64,000 bases of DNA from Candidatus Latescibacterota bacterium (GTDB lineage: Bacteria; Latescibacterota; UBA2968; SICM01): the NCBI GenBank assembly GCA_965217865.1, contig CBDCJO010000002.1:4160001-4224000 (forward strand), written 5' to 3'. A program made the translations under genes and the position numbers. Positions 53,790 through 64,000 of the stretch are shown here, piece after piece (within the stretch, counting starts at the first letter, position 1; each line of letters begins with the position of its first letter). The notes under the pieces were generated by a model that was not told the DNA's origin, did no database searches, and saw only the letters and a program-made list of their open reading frames with translations.

Positions 53790-54524
53790 ATGACCCCGAT
53801 TGACCAGGCACGTGAAGCGATTAAACAAAGTGATGTTGACAAGCTCAAGGCGTTGATCGAATCGCATCCCGACCTGCCCAATCAGAGGTCCGAGGACAAC
53901 GACCGAACCCTGCTGCAATCTATTGCGGATTATCCCGGAAACAGACCGAGGGGCGTCGAGATGGCGAGGTTGGTCATCGACGCGGGCGCTAACGTGAACG
54001 TCGGTATTGAAAGTGGGAATGAGACCCCTTTGCACTGGGCGGCAGGCAATGACGACCTCGAATTGACCGAACTACTGCTCGATGCAGGCGCAGAGATCGA
54101 TGTCTACGGCGGTGTGATTGAAAACGGAACGCCGCTCTGGGGTGCGGTCTTTTTTCGCTGCGTGAACGTCGCCAACTTGCTGATCGACCGTGGCGGGGCT
54201 GTAAATCTCATGATCATTGCCGGAGCTGGAAGAAGAGACCTCGTCGACCAGTTCTTCGACGATGAGGGAAATGTAACCGAAAGTGCAGGTGCACTGCCAT
54301 GTTGGGACAAGCCGAAGCCGCCAAAGAGAGCGCTGAACAGTGCGTTCGGTCTCGCGTGTCGAAACGGCCACGTCACCCTTGCGAAAATCCTCCTTGAGCG
54401 CGGAGCCGATCCGGAATGGGTGAACTCGGGAGGGGAAACTGCTTTGCAGCAGGCGAAGAGTGGCAATCACAAGATCGTTGTGGACTGGTTGAAGGAGCGT
54501 GGCATCGCGTCCTCCGATACTTGA
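53790..54524 (+). CDS. Ankyrin repeat protein
   Basis: ETPLHWAA, GTPLWGA and GETAL repeats. Confidence 0.88.
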   Translation: MTPIDQAREAIKQSDVDKLKALIESHPDLPNQRSEDNDRTLLQSIADYPGNRPRGVEMARLVIDAGANVNVGIESGNETPLHWAAGNDDLELTELLLDAGAEIDVYGGVIENGTPLWGAVFFRCVNVANLLIDRGGAVNLMIIAGAGRRDLVDQFFDDEGNVTESAGALPCWDKPKPPKRALNSAFGLACRNGHVTLAKILLERGADPEWVNSGGETALQQAKSGNHKIVVDWLKERGIASSDT

Positions 54525-54602
54525 GTCTGCGGCTAACATCAATAGGCGAAGAACAGGAGCCAACGAACAGGGTTTCGAGGTCTTAAAAAGAAAGGAACAG
54601 AA

Positions 54603-55504
54603 ATGGTCCCTATGATCAGCAGTATATGCAAAGGCAGCCTCGGCGTCTGTCAGCTTCCCCGAACCTGGTGGAAAACGTTGACACGTGCCGTAAACCTCCT
54701 CGATTCGGCTTATCCGGATAACAGTGGAGGACTGGACACCTGGTGCCTCCAGGCAATCGAGTTGGACATCGATGAGACATACGACTATCTCCGTTCCGAA
54801 CTCCCCGACTATGTGACCTTCGAACGTTGGATACTCGACAGGAAAAACAATCAATTACCGGCTGCCCGAGTTGAACGATTCAACGAAATTGTAAAATATC
54901 GGCGTCACATTCGCCCACACAAGATCACGGAAACGTACGCGGATATCGGGTTTGACCCAGACGTGGACACCTATACCTCGGCCCTGCTTCTCAACACGCT
55001 GCAGGACTGGCATCTTTTTCACGCCAATGACTATAACTCGGACCAGCACGACATCCCTGCCAATATCTCCCCTCTCGTCAGCAGTATCGAGCAGGTCCGC
55101 TCGATGTCATGCAGCTTCCACGCACCTGGTACAAGGTCATTCTCGAAGCGAAGGGATTGCTCAACAGCGACTATCCTGCCTGCGGCGGCGGCTTGGATCA
55201 AAAAGTTCTTGACGCGCTTGGTCTCGACCGCGAAGAGACCCTTGCTTTTATCCGCGATAACCGACCCACGTACATGGAATTCGAGTTTTGGGTAATCGAC
55301 CGGATCAAAGAAGTCGATCGCGCAAAGGTCGATGCTTTTCAGACCCTCATGCTCAACCGTGAACACGCTGAACCCAAACGCACGGATATCCACGAATTGA
55401 CAGGCTGCGACCGATCAATCAGCAGCGGAGTATTACTGAATCACCTTGAAGATTGGCGATATGCGTACGACGTCACCATCGTACCGCACAAACCCCGACG
55501 ATGA
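54603..55504 (+). pseudogene. Tandem DUF5069-like domain protein, frameshift at ~55095
   Basis: Two internal repeats P.ISS...G.L.V.QLPRTW.K...YP...GGLD...Y..FE.W...LLN.L.DW. Confidence 0.65.
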
Positions 55505-55693
55505 ATTCTCAAAGTGAAAAATGAACCAAAGGATCAGTCAATGGCTATAGTAGGGCAATCTATGAAGGCAATTGTATATCACAAATTTCCTTCAAACCCT
55601 TATCTTTCAAGCTGACACGGCCACTTCTGCCACCCTTGAAGGTTATGCAAAACTTGCCAAAAGTCACATTCCGCCAAAAAAGGGGGAAGATAA

Positions 55694-56122
55694 ATGTCTC
55701 TTCACAAAGCGATTATAGAAGGGGATCAGGAGGCCATACGAGAGATCCTAGATCGTGAGCCAGCAGCTTCTAATGAGGTTAGCCCCGCCGGAGGGTTTAC
55801 AGGTGTAGCGCCGCTCCATCTCGCTGTGAAATACCGCCAACTGAATACAGTGGCCTTGCTAGTCGAAAAAGGGGCTGATCTCGAAATGAAGGATTTTGAA
55901 CATAATGCCTCACCTTTGGGATGGGCAGCCTTCTATGGAAATGCAGAAATGGCCCGCTATCTCATCGAACTAGGAGCGGACGTGAATCATGAGTGTGATC
56001 CCATCCATATCGCTGTCCACGGTCGTGATGGCGAGTGGCGTGAGTTTACCTCAACGACTCCGGAAGATTATCAAGCCGTTATCGATGTCCTTAAAGCGCA
56101 TGGGGCCAGCGACCCCCATTGA
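55694..56122 (+). CDS. Ankyrin repeat protein
   Basis: APLHLAV and SPLGWAA repeats. Confidence 0.85.
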   Translation: MSLHKAIIEGDQEAIREILDREPAASNEVSPAGGFTGVAPLHLAVKYRQLNTVALLVEKGADLEMKDFEHNASPLGWAAFYGNAEMARYLIELGADVNHECDPIHIAVHGRDGEWREFTSTTPEDYQAVIDVLKAHGASDPH

Positions 56123-56206
56123 CGGAGGAGGGCCTACCTCGATAGACGATAATTTTATCCGACATTTTGTCCCTATCTTTAATACTATCTTTTCTCAGTT
56201 ACAAAC

Positions 56207-58528
56207 GTGACTAATCAAATACCAAAGGAAGTAGCAAAACTACTAGATCGACTGGCAATAGGCTGTCAGAAAATCTTAAGTGATACATTTGTTGGTTTTT
56301 ACGTTCACGGTTCATTAACCATGGGATGTTTCAACTTTGAACAAAGTGACATTGATTTCTTAGTCGTCGTAAACGAACCTTTAGATAGGCAAACCAAGAA
56401 AGCATTAGCGGATATGTTGATTCAATTATCTGATGAGGCACCCCCTAAAGGATTTGAAATGAGTATTGTTCTGGAAAAGAACATGCAAAACTTCATTTAT
56501 CCAACGCCATTCGAATTACACTTTGGAGATAATCACATAGAGAAATATAAAGCTGATCCAAATTATTTATGTGAGAATGGAGAAGATCCGGACCTATCAG
56601 CCCGTTGAAGAACTACCTTTCAACGCACATAAACGGAAAAGACGCCTGGAGTGCGGGTCAGATAAATCAAGGTAAGGAGATTGAGCAGGAGACGCTGATA
56701 AGAGGTTAAAAAGGTGACCGAGGGCAGCAAACGTGATTGTAGGACGAGCAGTAGACGCTGCAAGGCCTTGGCCAGGTCCTGGAGGGCCTTCGGAGTACCT
56801 ACGCCCATCACTTTGCGCATGAGCAGAGCCAGGTTGCAGCCCCCGATGTGGATCAGCAAACGCTTGAGGATATTGCCGCGGTCTCTCAAGTGCAACCTGC
56901 GCATGCCACCGGTATCATATGTGTGAGCGATGGTTCTTTCCACCCGTTCTGCACGACTTCGGCGCAAGGCCTTGCCGCGATCTCCCTTGATCCGGCGTCG
57001 ATTCGCATATACCGCGGCCTGCTCATCTCGTCGGCCGTTCCACTTGCGGCGTCCCCGATCCGGTTCTGAAATGTAACTCCGGATGCCGCCTTGCTTCAGA
57101 CTGGTCAATACATCGTTGCTATGATATCCTTTGTCCGCAACCACCTCCCGTATACGCTGTCTGTGCAAACGTTTGGCAGCTTTTTCGTCCTTCGCGACCT
57201 GCTTGAGATTGAGCTGCGCCTCGAGCAGCGTCCAGGGCAACGACCCGGTATCTCCTTCATCTGCTCCCGACAACGCCACTGCCACAATGGCATTGGTGTC
57301 CAGATCCACCGCGTGCTCCACCTTGTGCGCCATGTGCGTGCGACCGTCCTTCATCTTAGCGATCTTGGCATCCGGGTCGTGCGGGTGCTCCCAGTCCTGG
57401 TTCGATCCCTTCTTCGGTCGCTTCTTATCGATCTTGGACAAGTCCTCGCGGGTAGGCGTTTCAATGCCCGAGGCCTTGGCCAGATTCTCAAGGAATGCCT
57501 GGTAGCCTTCACCCGTGTCACGGCGTACAATGCTGCGCATCGCGGCGTTGGCCTCCAGTGTCGTAGCATCCACGCCCAACGTCTTCCCCTTCACCAGACC
57601 CGCTTTGCACAAGACCCTCAGGATCCACTTGAAAACCGCTTCGTGAACTTCCAAGGGAAGCCGATGCCGGATGCGAGACAGGCTGGAATGATCCGGGGTC
57701 TGTTCGTCAAGGGCATACCCCAAAAACCGGCGCAACGTCAGCGAGTCAGATACACGCCATTCGATCCCACGTTCCGAATCAAGTCCCTCGAAATACCCAA
57801 TCAAAAGCATCCGAAAATAAACCCCGGGCGGAATGCCCTTGCGACCCATATGAGGAGCGTAATACCGCTGGCAAAGCCCCTCGACGAACTCGTCGAAGCC
57901 GTTCGCCCCCAATACCTGATTCAGCTTCTCGTAGAACGGATGACCCGGAGATTTCACCAAAGTGTTCGATGCGATGAACAGGTTTTCCTGTCTCTGTCGT
58001 CCTCGTTTTCCCATTGCCATTTGCTCGTCCTCCCTTCTCAGTTTGAACCTGATATATCATAGGACCAAACCACAAGGAAAGACAATAGTCATCTTGGCAT
58101 AAACGCACTTTTTCAACAGGCTGCTAGCCGCACACGCAATGATTACAAAAGAACGTGGGTTGTGCCTTCTTAGTAAACCCATCAGTGAAGTATTTTTCAA
58201 TATTCCGAAAAAATACTATTTGAATTCTATTATTCACGACTCTAGATGGAGTTTTGATAACATCTCCAAAGGTCCAGATTCTGGAACATGTTCTGTACCA
58301 ATGTATGGCGTATTGAATTTTTGCAGAGCACTTGCATTCACTAATAATGGACTAATTACATCAAAACATGAAGGTGGACAATGGGGACTGAAAAATCTTC
58401 CAAAAGAATACTCAGAACTCATCCAACAGGCCTTAAACAAATATTCAGGTGGTAAAAATGCTCAAGAAGTAGAAGCGTCTACACTTAAGAAGTTTGCTAT
58501 TTATGCTATTAATAGATTAGGATCATAA
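56207..58528 (+). pseudogene. AadA/ANT-like aminoglycoside nucleotidyltransferase (NTase + DUF4111), interrupted by IS copy 4
   Basis: HGSL...SDIDFL; IS removal restores EDPDLAAHAMITKERG; LNFCR..SKHEGGQW. Confidence 0.85.
56598..58123 (-). mobile_element. IS1182/IS5-like IS, copy 4 (transposase 56620-58020)
   Basis: 1526-bp core; clean insertion in a CTAG. Confidence 0.9.
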
Positions 58529-58586
58529 TCCCAGAGAAAATGATGCTTCGGATTACGACTATCTGACGAACATTTGAGAGGCCCGG

Positions 58587-59135
58587 ATGGCATTCGACTT
58601 CAAGGAATTCCCAACACTCGAGACGGACAGGTTGATTCTGCGAGAGTTAACCCAGGACGATGCGCAGGATTTCTTCGACATTTGGACCGACCCTGCGATT
58701 GAGGATGGCTTCGACGCAACAGGATTCAAGAATCTAGAAGGCGCACGCAAGCACCTTCAAGTCAAAAGCAATGCTTTCAAGAGGAAACAGCTCCTCACGT
58801 GGGGTATCGAGTCAAAAGACAGTTCACGTCTTATGGGCGCCTGTTTATACGGTAATTTCGCCCGACGAACAAAGGCGGATATATCCTACTACCTTCTGAG
58901 CGAATTCTGCGGACAGGGTATTATTTCCGAGGCCCTCGAACCGGTTGTCGAATTCGGCCTGGAAGAAATGGGATTGCACAGAATACAAGCCCTCATAAGT
59001 CCGGACAATGTGGCTTCTATTCGTGTGATCGAAAAGCTCGGATTTCACAGGGAAGGCTGTCTAAGGAGGTTCCACTACTCACAGCAGCGTGACTGGGTCG
59101 ACAAGATCTCTTATTCACTTCTCTCAACCGATTAA
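58587..59135 (+). CDS. GNAT, RimJ/RimL family
   Basis: FPTLETDRLILR, LHRIQA and NVASIRVIEKLGF motifs. Confidence 0.88.
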   Translation: MAFDFKEFPTLETDRLILRELTQDDAQDFFDIWTDPAIEDGFDATGFKNLEGARKHLQVKSNAFKRKQLLTWGIESKDSSRLMGACLYGNFARRTKADISYYLLSEFCGQGIISEALEPVVEFGLEEMGLHRIQALISPDNVASIRVIEKLGFHREGCLRRFHYSQQRDWVDKISYSLLSTD

Positions 59136-59296
59136 TCGTCGCCCGATCAAACCTTCACCCTTTTTCTTAGGGATGTGAGTTGCGAGCAAGCGAGCAACGG
59201 TTGGGTGGTAGCAAGAAAAAGGGCGACCTTGGGGGGTGGGGTTGGAAGCAAACAATGAATTGGGGGTCACTTGCGGTTCATAGAGTGAAAGGCAAT

Positions 59297-59935
59297 ATGA
59301 AGAAAGTAGAAAACCACTTTTCAAAACCCTCCTCAGTGGATGAGATGGATAAAAAGCTGGCGCGGGGCATGAGGGAGTGGGAGGAAGACGTCATTCAGAA
59401 GCGTTTCCCTCAAACGGGCAGGATTTTGGATGTTGGCTGTGGCTGTGGTCGAGAGGCCATCCATTTGGCAAAGAAAGGCTACGATGTTGTTGCAGTGGAT
59501 GTTTCGGAGCCTCAGATAGATCGTGCCAGAGAGAATTCCAGGAAGATGAACGTCAAGATCGCATTCGAAAAAACAGATGGGCTGAATTTACCACCTGGAG
59601 ACTTTGATGTCATTATCTTATGGGCACAGGTTCTTGGCAACATCGAAGCCTAACAGGATCAACTGACACTTTTAAGCAATTGCAGGAAGTCACTCACGGA
59701 TTCCGGTCTGATTTCAGGTTCAGGCCACGAGAAGGCGTTTTGCCAAAAGGATTCTCCTGAATATACGGACGAGAATTGGCTTTACCCCTGGGGAAGAGGG
59801 AACTTGAAATATCATCTTTTCACCAAAGAGACTTTGGAGGAATTGTTTGTCCAATCGGAGTTTCACATACTCGATACAGAAGTTCCAACCTCATTGCCGG
59901 CAATTATTCATACTGCTGCTCGAAAAATCACGTAA
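59297..59935 (+). pseudogene. Class I SAM-dependent methyltransferase with internal TAA (59651-59653)
   Basis: ILDVGCGCGR; the same frame continues QDQLTLLSNCRKSL...ARKIT*. Confidence 0.78.
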
Positions 59936-60087
59936 TCTTCGAATAACGCAGAACTCATCGTTTGCATCCCTGACACGCTCGTTCATCTAAAGTCGAAAAC
60001 AAAAGTTCTTTCGCTTTTCAATGAAGTGATGGATTCTTTGGACGAAACCGGTAGATTTATCATCCCGTTATTGCCGACAAGAAGAAT

Positions 60088-60133
60088 ACCTAACAAAGCA
60101 AATACACACGGCCGGTGATTTGCAGCGTTAGGT
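60088..60133 (+). other. Short attC site (central loop apparently deleted)
   Basis: ACCTAACAAAGCAAATACACACGGCCGGTGATTTGCAGCGTTAGGT has perfect RYYYAAC/GTTRRRY cores with GCAAAT / ATTTGC. Confidence 0.7.
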
Positions 60134-60309
60134 TGAATGGTAGCAATGAAATGAACGACAGTAGCTCACGCCGCTTCTTTTTGCAGGAAATCTAAGACAT
60201 TACCCACTGGAATTGTCTTTCCCTCTCCCGGGCCAAGTACCATATTTCCATCGTCAGTAGACATGGTTTGTTCTCCTTTCTTAATGGCCTAAATGGAACA
60301 CTTCTCGCA

Positions 60310-60921
60310 TTACCCCAACAGTATTGGGTTTACGGTCAAACCTCCATCAATGATGTATTCAGAACCAGTGATGAACCAGGCATCGTCTGATGCCAAAAAC
60401 GAAACGAGTTTGGCGATTGCCTCTGATGTACCGAACTCCTTTAACGGAACTCTATTTTGCATGGCTGAGGCAAATCCCTGGATTTGCTCATCACTCATTC
60501 CTGTTTTTCCAAAGATTTCAGTGGCAACAGGACCTGGATTCACCGAATTGACTCTAATCTTTCTAGGGGCCAATTCTGTAGATGCCGTACGCGTATATGA
60601 GTTTAACGCTGCTTTACTGGCGGCATACGCTGCCGTATTGGCCATACCGGTATAGGCGTTGATCGATGAAAGGTTGACTATCGAGGCACCATCGCTCAGA
60701 ACGGGCAGAAATTTCTCTATGGTAAATACTGCACCTTTGAAATTAATGTTCATGATGGTGTCGAACGTAGTGTCATCAATTGATCCTACAGGGGTAGGGT
60801 AGAAGACACCCACATTAACAAATAATATGTCAACTTTGCCGTACGTGTTTTTTACCTCAGCAACCAGGTTATCTGTGTGCTCGAGGTTCCCCTGGTCAGC
60901 CACAATTCCCTTCACCCCTAT
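60310..60921 (-). pseudogene. SDR-family oxidoreductase, 5' truncated by IS copy 5
   Basis: YAASKAA, RVNSVNPG and IDGG present; GxxxGxG Rossmann motif missing. Confidence 0.85.
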
Positions 60922-62447
60922 CAGCCTGTTGAAAAAGTGCATTTATGCCAAGATGACTGTTGTCTTTCCTTGTGGTTTGGTCCTATGATATATCAGGTTC
61001 AAACTGAGAAGGGAGGACGAGCAAATGGCAATGGGAAAACGAGGACGACAGAGACAGGAAAACCTGTTCATCGCATCGAACACTTTGGTGAAATCTCCGG
61101 GTCATCCGTTCTACGAGAAGCTGAATCAGGTATTGGGGGCGAACGGCTTCGACGAGTTCGTCGAGGGGCTTTGCCAGCGGTATTACGCTCCTCATATGGG
61201 TCGCAAGGGCATTCCGCCCGGGGTTTATTTTCGGATGCTTTTGATTGGGTATTTCGAGGGACTTGATTCGGAACGTGGGATCGAATGGCGTGTATCTGAC
61301 TCGCTGACGTTGCGCCGGTTTTTGGGGTATGCCCTTGACGAACAGACCCCGGATCATTCCAGCCTGTCTCGCATCCGGCATCGGCTTCCCTTGGAAGTTC
61401 ACGAAGCGGTTTTCAAGTGGATCCTGAGGGTCTTGTGCAAAGCGGGTCTGGTGAAGGGGAAGACGTTGGGCGTGGATGCTACGACACTGGAGGCCAACGC
61501 CGCGATGCGCAGCATTGTACGCCGTGACACGGGTGAAGGCTACCAGGCATTCCTTGAGAATCTGGCCAAGGCCTCGGGCATTGAAACGCCTACCCGCGAG
61601 GACTTGTCCAAGATCGATAAGAAGCGACCGAAGAAGGGATCGAACCAGGACTGGGAGCACCCGCACGACCCGGATGCCAAGATCGCTAAGATGAAGGACG
61701 GTCGCACGCACATGGCGCACAAGGTGGAGCACGCGGTGGATCTGGACACCAATGCCATTGTGGCAGTGGCGTTGTCGGGAGCAGATGAAGGAGATACCGA
61801 GTCGTTGCCCTGGACGCTGCTCGAGGCGCCGCTCAATCTCAAGCAGGTCGCGAAGGACGAAAAAGCTGCCAAACGTTTGCACAGACAGCGTATACGGGAG
61901 GTGGTTGCGGACAAAGGATATCATAGCAACGATGTATTGACCAGTCTGAAGCAAGGCGGCATCCGGAGTTACATTTCAGAACCGGATCGGGGACGCCGCA
62001 AGTGGAACGGCCGACGAGATGAGCAGGCCGCGGTATATGCGAATCGACGCCGGATCAAGGGAGATCGCGGCAAGGCCTTGCGCCGAAGTCGTGCAGAACG
62101 GGTGGAAAGAACCATCGCTCACACATATGATACCGGTGGCATGCGCAGGTTGCACTTGAGAGACCGCGGCAATATCCTCAAGCGTTTGCTGATCCACATC
62201 GGGGGCTGCAACCTGGCTCTGCTCATGCGCAAAGTGATGGGCGTAGGTACTCCGAAGGCCCTCCAGGACCTGGCCAAGGCCTTGCAGCGTCTACTGCTCG
62301 TCCTACAATCACGTTTGCTGCCCTCGGTCACCTTTTTAACCTCTTATCAGCGTCTCCTGCTCAATCTCCTTACCTTGATTTATCTGACCCGCACTCCAGG
62401 CGTCTTTTCCGTTTATGTGCGTTGAAAGGTAGTTCTTCAACGGGCTG
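60922..62447 (+). mobile_element. IS1182/IS5-like IS, copy 5 (transposase 61025-62425)
   Basis: 1526-bp core; non-cognate flanks. Confidence 0.9.
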
Positions 62448-62461
62448 ATAGCCCAACATCG

Positions 62462-63235
62462 TTAGTCGTCGTTCCGCACGAAGCAATATGTTTGTCCGAT
62501 ATCTCGAAATCCTAGCCGCCGGTATAGGTGTTGGGGCCAGTCGTCGGCCTCGGTGAGAAGAAAAATGAAATCACATCCTTGCTTTCGAGCATGGTCAGTC
62601 GCTGTATTGATGACGGCGGTCCCATAACCTCGTCCCTCAAAAAGAGGATCAGTCGTTATCTCGTCAATTTGCGCCGTCGCCCCCCTCCGGTATAACACAC
62701 AGCGGGATACGAAAGCATCATCTATTCGAACGGCAGAATACGCAAGTTCGCAGCACTGTTGGTACGTTATCGCACGATCCGTGAGGCGCCGAGCGCCCTC
62801 TTCAGATTTGCCCATGTGTCGCCAAAACCCTTCGATACCCGGCCTGGCCTCATCGAAAGTCACAATTTCTGCCTCAATACCTGGCTGCCGCGTTGGTGCG
62901 TCAATTAAGGCCATGTACAAGTCCGATGATAGCTCATAGTTATCCTCTTGCAAAGCAGGTGCCAAAGCGTCAACCAGACTTTTGTCGTCAATTGAGATGA
63001 CACGAAACGCTACTCCGACTTCATCGAATACGCGATCGAGTTGTAAAAGCAAGTCCCCCGGCGGCACGTCGTGATCGACACGTGCGAAATTATGAGAGAG
63101 CGCATTGAGATGGTCGGTGTTCAGAACGATGCTTCCAAATTGAGTCTTCACAATTTCAGTGGCGGCTCCGTCCAATAGTGCCCTCTCGTGTTCCAAGGCT
63201 CGCGAAAGCATCTTGTTGGCGGTGCCGTTGGTCAT
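62462..63235 (-). CDS. GNAT N-acetyltransferase
   Basis: TDPLFEGRGYG...LYRRLGF; GAGGGG RBS. Confidence 0.85.
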   Translation of the reverse strand: MTNGTANKMLSRALEHERALLDGAATEIVKTQFGSIVLNTDHLNALSHNFARVDHDVPPGDLLLQLDRVFDEVGVAFRVISIDDKSLVDALAPALQEDNYELSSDLYMALIDAPTRQPGIEAEIVTFDEARPGIEGFWRHMGKSEEGARRLTDRAITYQQCCELAYSAVRIDDAFVSRCVLYRRGATAQIDEITTDPLFEGRGYGTAVINTATDHARKQGCDFIFLLTEADDWPQHLYRRLGFRDIGQTYCFVRNDD

Positions 63236-63257
63236 CTATATCCCCTCCTCATATGTC

Positions 63258-63398
63258 AGTTAACGTTTGGCACCCCCGAACCTGCAGCGGGCGCGGCACT
63301 TGCCCTTAAGGACTTTCACAAAAGCAGCAAGCGCCGTGTCCGCGATAGCAGGTTTGGTCGAGGGCCGTCAGGCCCGAGCTGGGGGTGCCTTGTTACAC
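63258..63398 (-). other. attC-like site
   Basis: Minus strand GTGTAACAAGGCACCCCC...GGGGGTGCCAAACGTTAACT, with a second inner IR (AACCTGC/GCAGGTT). Confidence 0.65.
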
Positions 63399-63539
63399 GA
63401 CGTGGTTGCTGTTAGATGTTTTGTTTCGTTGCGTCCAATCAGTTCGAAGAAGCCCATATACGACTCGATCCTTCCAAACCCCCTCATGAAGCGAATGCAT
63501 TCTTAGATCGCCTTCTTTACTCATTCCACACTACTTGAC

Positions 63540-63763
63540 AGTGCTCTAGAAAGCGTGTGAGCCAACCGCATACTGATGAAGAACAAATGCGCAGACAGCT
63601 CTGGCAGATTGTTTATTGTCACGACGTGCTCATTCGGAATGACGAACATATGCCCCGGATTAGCGGGATGCAGTGCCATCAGTCCGGTAACCAACTCGTC
63701 GGCATAGACAATACTTGCTGGCGCTTCTCGCCGAGCGATTTAGCAGAAGATACATGATTTCAT
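63540..63763 (-). pseudogene. HIT-family protein remnant
   Basis: MKSCIFC*IARREAPASIVYADE...PANPGHMFVIPNEH; internal stop, HxHxH half missing. Confidence 0.7.
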
Positions 63764-64000
63764 GGCTCTGATATTCCTGTTACGAGAACGACCGCTCTGC
63801 TCATGGTCGTTGGATGAGGAGATTGGCAGGAAGGCGACTATCTGACCGCCCAACCTGCACAAAGCGCTCTCGTCCTTGACCAACTCAGTGCCTCATCTGG
63901 CCACGTTCAATCCCACCATCTCTCCTCCCCACACTTTCTCGAACGGTAACTCGTTATTGAACTCAAGAATGCAGTATATCCTCTTCTATTCTGGAAATAT

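Noticed and set aside
59651-59653. Programmed readthrough or recoding in the methyltransferase
   Set aside because: The stop is TAA (not Sec/Pyl) and the region is full of pseudogenes; a nonsense mutation or sequencing error is simpler.
60166-60264. 32-codon ORF with RBS (MSTDDGNMVLGPGEGKTI...)
   Set aside because: Looks like the N-terminus of a deleted cupin-type gene; too short to call, and no link to the 28563 remnant can be shown.

Overview
A heavily scrambled accessory region of a diderm bacterium. The Reg_prop/Y_Y_Y sensors, DUF5069 and extended ECF sigma resemble Latescibacterota-like lineages, but this is inference only. The left third holds two convergent sigma54-dependent operons that share a homologous ~160-bp promoter/enhancer: MMPL transporter ... 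desaturase remnant-HAD on +, and desaturase-HHxxxD acyltransferase-GH3 ligase on -. Next to them lie an unusual bEBP and a frameshifted TonB receptor. A beta-propeller/Y_Y_Y/SpoIIE sensor pseudogene sits between the operons, split by an IS1380 and an IS1182/IS5-like element. The rest is a mosaic of small cassette-like genes (GNATs, NUDIX, ankyrins, APH- and ANT-like, TA pairs, VOC, methyltransferases). Nine intact or degenerate attC-like sites are spread over 11-63 kb and no integrase is in view. Mobile elements are five 1526-bp copies of one IS, one IS3, one IS1380 and a 397-bp IS1595 deletion derivative. Highlights: (1) an apparent classical ribosome-mediated attenuator with a Met-x-Met-x-Met leader peptide upstream of a short metG; (2) the twin-sigma54 desaturase/acyltransferase/GH3/MMPL lipid-amide cluster; (3) an ECF sigma factor fused to a FliM/CheC-like domain, visible only after removing two IS; (4) variable terminal bases in the repeated IS. 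Many frameshifts may be real decay or assembly error.
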